A DNA stretch of 64,000 nucleotides, from positions 34,130 to 98,129 of the forward strand of contig CAYJSN010000001.1 of NCBI GenBank assembly GCA_964373125.1, in the 5' to 3' direction. A program made the position numbers and the translations under genes. Each line of letters starts with the position of its first letter. The stretch's first letter is position 1. Below the pieces are notes generated by a model, which worked only from the letters and a program-made list of their open reading frames with translations, was not told the origin of the DNA and searched no databases. The stretch is from an uncultured Nitrosopumilales archaeon. GTDB lineage: Archaea > Thermoproteota > Nitrososphaeria > Nitrososphaerales > UBA213. Shown here in pieces: positions 34,543 to 44,951 of the stretch.

Positions 34543-35867
34543 CTGGCCCCCAGTATATGCGTGAAGAGCTTGGCCATGTTGAACCAGAGCTGGACCTCGA
34601 GGCCTATCCGCTTCTCGCCCAAGACGATCTCGAACTCGACCTGTGCAACCTCCTTGGACGGGGGTTTCCTGTCCTCTGCCCCGTCGTACAGTCTTACCGG
34701 CTCGGTGTTGAGTATCAGGTGCGAGGAGTTTGCCAGCTCCGACAACACCTTCAGGTTTATGACGTTAAAGAACTCCAGCGGGTCATGGGTCTCGCTGCTG
34801 AAGACCGAGGGGCCAAGCAGGATAGGCAGATCCTCGTTCCTGACGAGCGAGAGTATCAGGCCGTTCTGGTGGCCGGTGATCTCGTTCACGTAGCAGGTCG
34901 TCCCCGCCGGGATGGTGATCTCCAGCGGCTCGATGATCTTGGGCACCCTCACGATCCTAGAATAACCTACACCGGCAGGAAACGTCTGCGCCGGCACCTC
35001 CTGCCTGATCAGTTTCACATCCTTCATCACCACCGAGACCTCCGGGGCGAGCGTCACCCTGATTACGCTCTCGATCTTGTCCCTGACTAGCGAGAACAGC
35101 ATAGCAACGTCCTTGTCGTACTCGCCCTCCCGGCTCAGCGCGCCCGTCACCGTCGTGAGCAGCTGCGCCTCGCTGAAGGGCTTTGACATGTACGCAACCG
35201 CGCCCTTCTCCAAGCATCTTTCTATGAGCTCCTTGCTCTCGAGGGCCGTGAGCACGATCACCCTGGCATCCTTGTCGATCTTGAATATCCTCAGCAGCGT
35301 TTCGTATCCGTCCATCACCGGCATCGAGAGGTCGAGGGTCACTATGTCCGGCTTGAACTCTGCATACTTGTCCAGGGCCTGCGCGCCGTTGACCGCGGTA
35401 TCAACTTCGTAATTGTTCATCGTCAGGATCTCCCTGATCAGCTCCAGGATATCGCCGGAATCGTCCACCACAAGAACCCGCTTTTTAGGTGCGTGCGCTG
35501 CCTCGACGATCGCGTGCTCCAGCTTCAGCAACTCGTTCTCGATCACCAGATCGTCTGCTTCTTTGTAGAGCTCGGGCAGATCGATCCTGTACTCGAGCCG
35601 GATGTCCACGTTGCCGGAGCTCTGCTGCAGCGAAACCTTCAGGACGGTCTGGCAGTCCTTTATGCTTGTCACGAGCAGGCCGCCGCTGCCCCTCCGCAGC
35701 TCCATATCCGTAGGCCACGCAGACGACGATTCGGTGAAGCCCTCCTCGGCAAGCGACCTCTTCAGGGCGTTGAATATGATCCCGATGTTCCCCCCCACCG
35801 CCATCGACCTGGTTATGACCTTACTTGCGTTAGCGGCGCCTGCCTTGGCTGGTTCTAGGGATGACAA
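34539..35867 (-). CDS. Hybrid receiver protein: unknown N-domain - REC - CheX/CheC-like C-domain
   Basis: Central REC (VLVVDDSGD..VTLDLSMPVMDG..SKP). The C-terminal ..EITGHQNGLILSL...EFFNVINLKVLSELAN resembles CheX/CheC phosphatase folds. TTG start. Confidence 0.7.
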   Translation of the reverse strand: MSSLEPAKAGAANASKVITRSMAVGGNIGIIFNALKRSLAEEGFTESSSAWPTDMELRRGSGGLLVTSIKDCQTVLKVSLQQSSGNVDIRLEYRIDLPELYKEADDLVIENELLKLEHAIVEAAHAPKKRVLVVDDSGDILELIREILTMNNYEVDTAVNGAQALDKYAEFKPDIVTLDLSMPVMDGYETLLRIFKIDKDARVIVLTALESKELIERCLEKGAVAYMSKPFSEAQLLTTVTGALSREGEYDKDVAMLFSLVRDKIESVIRVTLAPEVSVVMKDVKLIRQEVPAQTFPAGVGYSRIVRVPKIIEPLEITIPAGTTCYVNEITGHQNGLILSLVRNEDLPILLGPSVFSSETHDPLEFFNVINLKVLSELANSSHLILNTEPVRLYDGAEDRKPPSKEVAQVEFEIVLGEKRIGLEVQLWFNMAKLFTHILGAR

Positions 35868-36081
35868 TTTACCACGGCTTGGTCTCCCCGGGCGCTTTTG
35901 AGAGCCAGAGTCAACAATATTTCGCGAATAGCTATAAACCCTAAAGATTCCAGACCTCAGGCGAACCGCGGCTGAGGCAGGCCTGACAAAGCCTCATGCC
36001 AGAAGAGGTCGCGGTGGACGAGATGGGAGAGGCTAACCGAAGGTTCTATGATGCCCTTGAGAGCCTATCGACGGTGGAAGG

Positions 36082-36396
36082 CTAGTCGGCGGTTATCTCC
36101 CTAAATATCTCCTCGATAACTTCGGGCCCTTCCTTGCGTATCCTAATGAGCTGGTCGCCAATGTACTTTGCAGCTCGGTCTGGGGCGAAGATCATGTTTT
36201 TCTTCGCCACCCCCAAAGCCAGTACATAGATCGCCAGCCTTGCGTGCTGCGGGAAGTCCGTCGCCTTGAGCTTGTTTTCGTCGACAAACTTCCTGAGGCG
36301 GTCAATGACAAGAGAGTAAGATTCGTTCTTCCATTCGGGGGAAAACTTTCGTTCCAAGATCTGCAGCGCCGCGGCGTTTAGATCCGTGCCTGACAT
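36082..36396 (-). CDS. Hypothetical helical protein
   Basis: 104-aa ORF with no recognisable motif. Confidence 0.45.
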   Translation of the reverse strand: MSGTDLNAAALQILERKFSPEWKNESYSLVIDRLRKFVDENKLKATDFPQHARLAIYVLALGVAKKNMIFAPDRAAKYIGDQLIRIRKEGPEVIEEIFREITAD

Positions 36397-36533
36397 TGGT
36401 ATGGTATAACACGAATCAGCATATTAATCAAGTTCCCCGCGGGGCAGAGCGTGTGTAAGAATTGGAATGTTGGGCGGTTAAATCATCAAGATTAGAGCTA
36501 AGATTTTATAATCTATGCCGTGTTGCTGAAAGC

Positions 36534-36791
36534 ATGAGCAAAGTCGCAATCCAGTACTATGAGAAGAAGTTCGGCGACGACAAGACCAAGGCATTCGTGC
36601 ACCTGGTCAGGGAGGTGGGCGAGATCGCCCTCGCGCTGGAGCGGAACAACGTCGAGCTCGCCAAGATGGAGATAACCGAGTCTGTCGCGCTGCTTTACTT
36701 CCTGGCGCAGAAGTATGGTTTTGATCTGGAGCAAAACATCGAGAGCGTTTACGCAAAGAAGCTGGAGACGCTCAAGTCGGAAGCGAAGTGA
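36534..36791 (+). CDS. MazG-like nucleotide pyrophosphohydrolase (all-alpha NTP-PPase)
   Basis: VREVGEIALALE...EITESVALLYFLAQKYGFDLE is typical of small MazG-type proteins. Start taken at MSKVAIQ. Confidence 0.65.
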   Translation: MSKVAIQYYEKKFGDDKTKAFVHLVREVGEIALALERNNVELAKMEITESVALLYFLAQKYGFDLEQNIESVYAKKLETLKSEAK

Positions 36792-36797
36792 CAGCAA

Positions 36798-36971
36798 GTG
36801 ACCGAGCAGGAACTGCGCTTCTGCGACAGCTGCATGGAGCGGACCAAGCACGATGTTGTGATCAAGCCAGAGATAGCGACCTACAAGCGCAGGCGGCTCT
36901 ACAAATGCACAAAGTGCGGGAAGGAGAGCTGGAAGCGCGGCCTGCGGCCCAGCTCGGAGATATCGTACTGA
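36798..36971 (+). CDS. Small zinc-ribbon protein (57 aa), not in the supplied ORF track
   Basis: GTG 36798; VTEQELRFCDSCMERTKHDVVIKPEIATYKRRRLYKCTKCGKESWKRGLRPSSEISY with CxxC..CxxC. More protein-like than the Arg/Ala-rich listed ORF 36788..37018. Confidence 0.4.
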   Translation: MTEQELRFCDSCMERTKHDVVIKPEIATYKRRRLYKCTKCGKESWKRGLRPSSEISY

Positions 36972-37020
36972 ACCATCGGCACGAAGCAAGTTACAAATAC
37001 CTTCACGGTGAAGTCTAGGT

Positions 37021-39075
<2,055 letters not shown>

Positions 39076-39123
39076 CCCGCCGCAGCCAGTATTTTATACT
39101 CTAGTATTCCTACACTAGCCGGG

Positions 39124-39318
39124 TTGCTGAAGCGACATAAATGCGGCACCTGCGGCAGGGTCTTCAGGCGTGTGGAGGAGCTGATGCAGCACGAGCAGGT
39201 CGCGCACGGCAGGGAGAGCATGTACGGGTGCAGGGCATGCAGCATGGTCTTCGCCAGCGGCGTGGAGCTGAGGGAGCACGCGAGGCGCTACCATTCCTAC
39301 GGTAAAAAAGGCCAGTAA
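39124..39318 (+). CDS. Small protein with two C2H2-type zinc fingers
   Basis: CGTCGRVFRRVEELMQHEQVAH and CRACSMVFASGVELREHARRYH. Confidence 0.6.
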   Translation: MLKRHKCGTCGRVFRRVEELMQHEQVAHGRESMYGCRACSMVFASGVELREHARRYHSYGKKGQ

Positions 39319-39335
39319 AAGTCATCGGCTGGTGC

Positions 39336-40403
39336 CTAGCGGCCGAGCGGCTTGGTGTCGCCGCTGTCCAGCACGTTGTCACTCGAACCGTATGCCGTCC
39401 AGTGTATCATTTTTAGGTTCGGGCCGCCAGATTCGACCTTGAGCTTGAAGATCGCCTTGTCTCCTGGCTCGATCGGCTCGTCGGTGGTCGAAGAACTTAT
39501 CTCGCCCACCAGGGTTGCCGGCTTGCTCCAGTCCCGCGGGCCCTTGAAGGCCTCTACGGTCTGGTCGGGAACATCGAAGGATACTCCGTAAACGTCTGCT
39601 AGGCTACCGGCCGAGTTCTTTACCCGTACTATGTAAAAGTCCCTGGTCTTCTTCACGGCAACCTGCACCTTGGCGCTCTCCTCTTCTGGCGCAGGCTTCT
39701 CAACCTCGGGCGGGAGCCCCGTACCCGGGGCTGGCGCCTCCGCGACAAAGGTCAGCTCGGCGCTCGCGCCAGAGTAGGTCACCTTCAGGGTGTAGGAACC
39801 AGGAATCGCGAGGTCGCCCTCGAGCCTAAAGCTGTAGGCGAAGGTGCCGTCCTCCTTCACGGTTATGCTCTCGCCGCGCAGCTCCGCGCCGGCAGGGTTC
39901 AGGACCGTGACCGTGGCCGAACTGTCCCCAAGCGAGCTTATGCTCCCGATCACGCCCACGCTCTCTCCCAGAGTGTAGGCAACCTTGTTGGTGGTGACCG
40001 ATACCTCCACCGGCAGGCTGCCGCCCACCGGCCGCACCGTAACCTTGCCAAGCATCCACGGGTGGAGCGCGCAGAGGTAGGGATAGGTGCCCGGCTCGTT
40101 GAACGTGAATTTGAAGGTCTTGTTCTCCTTCAGTATGCCCGAGTCAAATACAGTCCCCCACGACTTGGCGGTGGGTGTGCCGTCCGTGACCGTGTGCCTC
40201 TCGTCATCGAGGTTGGTCCACTCGACCGTCGTTCCCGCATCCACCACTATATCCTTGGGCACGAAGAACTTGCCGTTGTCCACGTTCTTCGAGTTCTTGG
40301 CGATCTCCACCTTCGTGAGATCGCCCTGCGCATGCACGCTGGCCAAGACGTAGCCCGGGGCCAGCAGCAGGGCCATTATGAAAATCGTTCTGTAGATAGC
40401 CAT
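39336..40403 (-). CDS. Secreted multidomain blue copper (plastocyanin-like) protein with Ig-like extensions
   Basis: Signal peptide from MAIYRTIF (start 40403). Type-1 Cu ligands HTVTDG ... YLCALHPWMLG. A following domain is homologous to that of the 16480 surface protein (..YTLKVTYSGASAELTF). Confidence 0.8.
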   Translation of the reverse strand: MAIYRTIFIMALLLAPGYVLASVHAQGDLTKVEIAKNSKNVDNGKFFVPKDIVVDAGTTVEWTNLDDERHTVTDGTPTAKSWGTVFDSGILKENKTFKFTFNEPGTYPYLCALHPWMLGKVTVRPVGGSLPVEVSVTTNKVAYTLGESVGVIGSISSLGDSSATVTVLNPAGAELRGESITVKEDGTFAYSFRLEGDLAIPGSYTLKVTYSGASAELTFVAEAPAPGTGLPPEVEKPAPEEESAKVQVAVKKTRDFYIVRVKNSAGSLADVYGVSFDVPDQTVEAFKGPRDWSKPATLVGEISSSTTDEPIEPGDKAIFKLKVESGGPNLKMIHWTAYGSSDNVLDSGDTKPLGR

Positions 40404-40514
40404 CTGCAGACTTGATCGAAGACGTTCGTATAAAATTGTTTTGCTGCAGGATGCGCGAGCAACGGAGCTAGGAAAGTACACAACGGTTAAATGATAAAAA
40501 AAATGGACGCTACT

Positions 40515-41270
40515 TTACTTCAGGCCGTCGACTATCAGCGTGAGGAAGCCGTTTTCAGTGTTATACCCGGCTTTCTTTGGTATCACAAAGAGCTGGGTGT
40601 GTTCCTTCGGAAGGGTAGGGATCGTCAGGGTATAGGAGCCCGCCTTCTTCTTCTCGGCCTTGACATCCTGGTCGTTCAGCACCACCCTCAGCGAGTCCAG
40701 GTCCACGAAGTTGTCGTTGGAATCCACGAAGGCCATGAAGATGATTGCCGGTTCTCCCTGCCTGTAGAGGTTCTTGTCAGAGTTCACGAATGTCTTGACC
40801 TCGTTTGCGTGTATCACCGCCACGTTCTTGGCAGACCTAGAGGGAGAGTATTGGTCGTTGCCGGGAAAGTCAGCGTATATGACCGCGTTCTCGTCCAGCG
40901 TCTTCCTCGTCACATCCTGGAACGGCTTCTCAGTTTCGGTGAATGCTGCACTCCACGAGAGCTTGAAATCGCCGTCTATGCCGGTTACGCCGGAGGCCAC
41001 CACTACCTGCGCGGGCTTGGGTATGAACTTGATGATGTTAACCTCAGCGTCACGCACGGGTTCGCCGTCGGCGGTTGTGAGCGCGCCCTCGAAGGTCACC
41101 TCGTCGCCGACCAAGAGTTTTGCGTTGCAGGTCATTGTGTTTGTACAGCCGCTCATGGACATCTCGAGCACTGTTGCCTGCCTCGCCGCCGCGAAGGAAA
41201 TGCTTGGCAGCACCAGCACAGCTGACGCGACCACGATCGCACTCATTAATACAGCCACAAGCCTCTTCAA
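40515..41270 (-). CDS. Secreted paralogue 1 of a tandem triplet, unknown function
   Basis: Signal peptide. Conserved blocks GDxVTFxGxLTxADG, KPAQVVVASGVTGIDG and EKKKAGSYT. Confidence 0.7.
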   Translation of the reverse strand: MKRLVAVLMSAIVVASAVLVLPSISFAAARQATVLEMSMSGCTNTMTCNAKLLVGDEVTFEGALTTADGEPVRDAEVNIIKFIPKPAQVVVASGVTGIDGDFKLSWSAAFTETEKPFQDVTRKTLDENAVIYADFPGNDQYSPSRSAKNVAVIHANEVKTFVNSDKNLYRQGEPAIIFMAFVDSNDNFVDLDSLRVVLNDQDVKAEKKKAGSYTLTIPTLPKEHTQLFVIPKKAGYNTENGFLTLIVDGLK

Positions 41271-41442
41271 TTTAAGAAGTAATCTCGGGCGGGTAATAAT
41301 ATATCTTTTGTTTTTTTACGTGCTCTCTAGGCTGGATTTGAGACTGGTTCGCGCCCGTTCTCGCTAATTTCCGGCTGATAATATAATAAAGTACGGGGCG
41401 AACCTAGGCGGGGCTAGATTCCGCTCGCTCGCTACTGCCGCC

Positions 41443-42222
41443 TTATACCTTGCCGAAGAACCCTGAAACCTGTACAGTCAGGAACCCTGTCTCCAGGTTG
41501 TAGCCGTCCTTCGCGGGTATTACTATCACTTGGTGGTGCTCGACTGTTAGGGGTGGCGTCATCACTGTGTAGGAGCCAGTCTTCTTCTTCTCGGCCTTTA
41601 CCTCCTGGTCGTCTATGAGCACGCGTATCGAGTCCGGATCGATGAACTGGTCCTTGCTGTCTATGAATGCGATGAAGATCAGCGCCGATTCGCCTGCGCT
41701 GTACACCCGCTTCTCCGAGTTCACCGAGGTCGCTATTGTATTGGCCTTGATCGTGGCGGATGCCTTTGCCGTGCGTGCGCCCGCATAGATGCCGTCGCCG
41801 TCGAACTGCGCGTAGAAGACCACGTTCTCGTCCAGTATCTTTGTAGTCACATCCTGGTGCGACTTTTCGATCGGCGTGAACTCTGCCTGCCATGTGAGCG
41901 TGTACTCGCCGTCTATGCCGGTTACGCCGGAGACCACCACTACCTGCGCGGGCTTGGGCAGGAACTTGATGATGTCAACCTTGGCTCCTCCTATAGGCCT
42001 GTCATCCGCGTCGGTCAGAGTGCCCGTAAATGTCACTGTATCCCCGAGCAGGAACTCGGCTCCGCAGCTAAGGTCGTTCTTGCATCCTTCCATCGCGAAC
42101 GTGAGGACCACCGGTTGCGGCTTTGCTGCAAATATGTTCGAGGCGGCACCCACTGAGAGCAACAGCATTACACCTGATAGTACAGCCGTGACCTTTGCCC
42201 ATTGCATGGGCAACCCTTTCAT
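41443..42222 (-). CDS. Secreted paralogue 2 of the tandem triplet
   Basis: Same architecture and blocks as 40515..41270. Confidence 0.7.
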   Translation of the reverse strand: MKGLPMQWAKVTAVLSGVMLLLSVGAASNIFAAKPQPVVLTFAMEGCKNDLSCGAEFLLGDTVTFTGTLTDADDRPIGGAKVDIIKFLPKPAQVVVVSGVTGIDGEYTLTWQAEFTPIEKSHQDVTTKILDENVVFYAQFDGDGIYAGARTAKASATIKANTIATSVNSEKRVYSAGESALIFIAFIDSKDQFIDPDSIRVLIDDQEVKAEKKKTGSYTVMTPPLTVEHHQVIVIPAKDGYNLETGFLTVQVSGFFGKV

Positions 42223-42375
42223 TAATCAAGGATATAACCTTTATCGTCCTTTTAACTCTGAACCAACAGTCCCTTGCAGATCCAGCTGGTCTCAGGCGAT
42301 TGTCGCTTCAGCATGGTATCAGATAGCCCCGTGGGTCAGCCGGGCCGATAAAATTTGATTATAAAATTGGGGCGG

Positions 42376-43146
42376 CTACATGTTCCCGAACGGGCCCACG
42401 GAGCCCTCAGGCAGAACGGTGACCGTGACCACCTCCACCTCGGTATTGAACCCGGCCTTGTGAGGTATCACCGCGACCTGGTTGTGCCCCTTCTGGAGCG
42501 CCAGCGTCACGAATGTGTAGGAACCGACCTTCTTCTTCTCGAGCTGCTTGGTTATGGTCTTGTCGTTAAAGGTCGCTGCGATGCTGTCCGGGTCCACGAA
42601 GTTGTCGTCCATGTCGATGAATCCTATGAAGACGGTTGCTGCTTCGCCCTCCCTGTATACCTTCTTGTCGAAGGTGACGAAGGTATTTACCTTGTTGACC
42701 TCGATGGTGACGGTGCTCTTTCCGGTCTTCGAGCGGGTATACTGCTCGTCGCCGTCGAACTGCGCGAAGAGCGAGACCACCTGCGTGTCCAAGGACTTTG
42801 TCACATCGGCGCTGGCCCTGCTAAAAGGAACCAGTTCCACGTTCCAGGTGACCTCGTATGCGCCCTCCAGGCCCGTGAAGCCGGAGGCGACCTCGATCTG
42901 CCTGGGGTCGGATGTGAGCACGTAGATCTTCACAGGAATCTGGCTTAGCGGTTCGCCGTCAGCAGTCGTAAGCATGCCAGTGAAGGTGACCTGGTCTCCC
43001 GGCCTAACCTTCGTTGGCACCTCGTCCAAGGTTATCACGGTCGGAGCCCGCTTCTGGGCGGTTGCAAGCGGCGCAGAGGATACGGTGCCTGCGTAGAGTA
43101 CCAGCATCAGGCCAAGTATAATCCCAACGTATGCCAACCTTTTCAT
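42376..43146 (-). CDS. Secreted paralogue 3 of the tandem triplet (most divergent, lacks the Cys pair)
   Basis: Same architecture: GDQVTFTGMLTTADGEP, EKKKVGSYT. Confidence 0.7.
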   Translation of the reverse strand: MKRLAYVGIILGLMLVLYAGTVSSAPLATAQKRAPTVITLDEVPTKVRPGDQVTFTGMLTTADGEPLSQIPVKIYVLTSDPRQIEVASGFTGLEGAYEVTWNVELVPFSRASADVTKSLDTQVVSLFAQFDGDEQYTRSKTGKSTVTIEVNKVNTFVTFDKKVYREGEAATVFIGFIDMDDNFVDPDSIAATFNDKTITKQLEKKKVGSYTFVTLALQKGHNQVAVIPHKAGFNTEVEVVTVTVLPEGSVGPFGNM

Positions 43147-43210
43147 CCACTACATTCAACTAGGGAGAGGATATAACCTTTTTGCGAATTGGCTCAAGTC
43201 AGGTTCGGCT

Positions 43211-44125
43211 CTACCCGACCTTTGTGAGCCACTTTTTGAACCTGCTGTCCTTGCCGCGCACGATCTCCTCGTACATCCGCTGCAGCTCCTTCGTCACCAA
43301 GCCGACCTTTCCGTCCCCCACGGTTCTCAGGTCAATCTCCGTCACGGGCTTGATGCCGGCGGCCGTGCCGGTCAGGAAGACCTCGTCCGCGGTGTAGAGC
43401 TCGTCCCGCGTGATACTGGCTATCTCATACCTGATGCTGTTTTGTTTTGCGATCTCGATCACCGTGTCGCGCGTCACGCCGGCCAGCGCCCCGTCGGTGG
43501 TGGGGGGAGTTACTAGCGTGCTGTCCCTGACTATGAAGATGTTCTCGGCGCTCGACTCCGCGACCAGCCCATCCACGTTCAGCATTATGGCCTCGTTGTA
43601 GCCGCCCTTCAGGGCCTCCATCCTAGCGAGCGCGGCGTTGGCGTAGTTTGCCGTTGCCTTTGCTTGGAGCGGCATTGTCCTGGGGTCTATCCGCCGCCAA
43701 GACGATATCATGCACCTTATCCCGCGGCCGGAATCGGGCGAGAGGTACTCGTCCCACTTCCAGACCGCGATCGCGACGTCGACCTTGTTGGGCAGGGGGG
43801 TAACGCCCATCTTTCCATAGCCGTAGTAGGCTATCGGCCGCACGTAGCAGTCCGGGACGTTGTTGGTCTTTACAACTTGGATCACGGCCTCGCACAGGTC
43901 GTCGAAGCCGTACTGCATGTCCATCAGGTAGATCTTAGCGCTCTCTAGGAACCGCTTCATGTGATCGTGCAGCCTGAAGATCACCGGGCCCTCGGCGGTC
44001 TCGAAGCACCGTATCCCCTCGAAGACGCCGGTGCCGTAGTGCAGCCCGTGGGTGAGCACGTGGATCTTTGCATCCTCCCAGTCGACCAAGCGCCCGTTCA
44101 TCCATATCTTGGAACCTTTCTGCAC
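43211..44125 (-). CDS. ilvE: Branched-chain amino acid aminotransferase
   Basis: Fold-type IV PLP enzyme pattern (HGLHYGTGVFEGIR, EAIMLN, GITR, TAAGI.PV). Confidence 0.9.
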   Translation of the reverse strand: MQKGSKIWMNGRLVDWEDAKIHVLTHGLHYGTGVFEGIRCFETAEGPVIFRLHDHMKRFLESAKIYLMDMQYGFDDLCEAVIQVVKTNNVPDCYVRPIAYYGYGKMGVTPLPNKVDVAIAVWKWDEYLSPDSGRGIRCMISSWRRIDPRTMPLQAKATANYANAALARMEALKGGYNEAIMLNVDGLVAESSAENIFIVRDSTLVTPPTTDGALAGVTRDTVIEIAKQNSIRYEIASITRDELYTADEVFLTGTAAGIKPVTEIDLRTVGDGKVGLVTKELQRMYEEIVRGKDSRFKKWLTKVG

Positions 44126-44189
44126 AGGATAGGCATGCCAGATTTCTTAAATAAACCTAACATCGAACCCTCCGATCTGACGTTATTAT

Positions 44190-44939
44190 ATGCGGCAGCT
44201 GGATCAGGAACCGGAGATGCGGGTTGCACGGCTGGCCGGGCTTGAGAAGCACGCCATAGTGAGGCGGGAGAACAGGTTCGTGGTCACCGTCAGGCGGGGC
44301 GGCGCCACGAAGCGCGCACTGCTCAGAAATACCGGCCGGCTCCAAGAATTGTTGAGGCCGGGCTACACGGCGCTGTGCCGGGATCGAAGAGGGGGCAGGA
44401 CCGCCTGCGAGATTCTCGGCATACTGGTGGAGGGCGACCCAGCCGGGAGGGCCGTGCTCATAGACCCGTACACCCAGGCGCGCGTCTTCGAGGCCGCTGC
44501 CCGCAGAAAACTCCTACCATGGCTGGATGGTGCATGGGCCATCCAGGACAGGGAGGTTGCCGTTGGAGGAGGGTCTAGGCTCGACTACAGGATAACCGAC
44601 GGCAAGAGCGAAGGCCACCTAGAGCTTAAGTCTGCCGCATTCTGCGACGGCCACTACGCCATGTACCCGGACTGCCCGAGCGAGCGCGGCATGCGGCACA
44701 TCCTTGCCCTGCGCCGCCTGAAAACCCTGGGTTACAGGTCGGTCATAGCATTCGTTGCGGCGCACCCGCACGCAAAGGCCTTCAGGCCGAACAGGCTTGC
44801 GCATCAGGAACTTGCGTCAAACCTCGGCGCTGCCTGCAGGGAGGGCGTCGAGGTCCATGCCCTGAGGGTATTCCTCGATCTTGATGGAAACATCTTCTTG
44901 GACGACCCGGACCTGCCGGTGGAGCTCGGTCAGGAATAA
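44190..44939 (+). CDS. sfsA: SfsA-family nuclease/DNA-binding protein
   Basis: RENRFVVTV.....A.L.NTGRL.ELL.PG and C-terminal PD-(D/E)xK-like core (LELKS). Confidence 0.75.
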   Translation: MRQLDQEPEMRVARLAGLEKHAIVRRENRFVVTVRRGGATKRALLRNTGRLQELLRPGYTALCRDRRGGRTACEILGILVEGDPAGRAVLIDPYTQARVFEAAARRKLLPWLDGAWAIQDREVAVGGGSRLDYRITDGKSEGHLELKSAAFCDGHYAMYPDCPSERGMRHILALRRLKTLGYRSVIAFVAAHPHAKAFRPNRLAHQELASNLGAACREGVEVHALRVFLDLDGNIFLDDPDLPVELGQE

Positions 44940-44951
44940 CGCCGAGAACTG

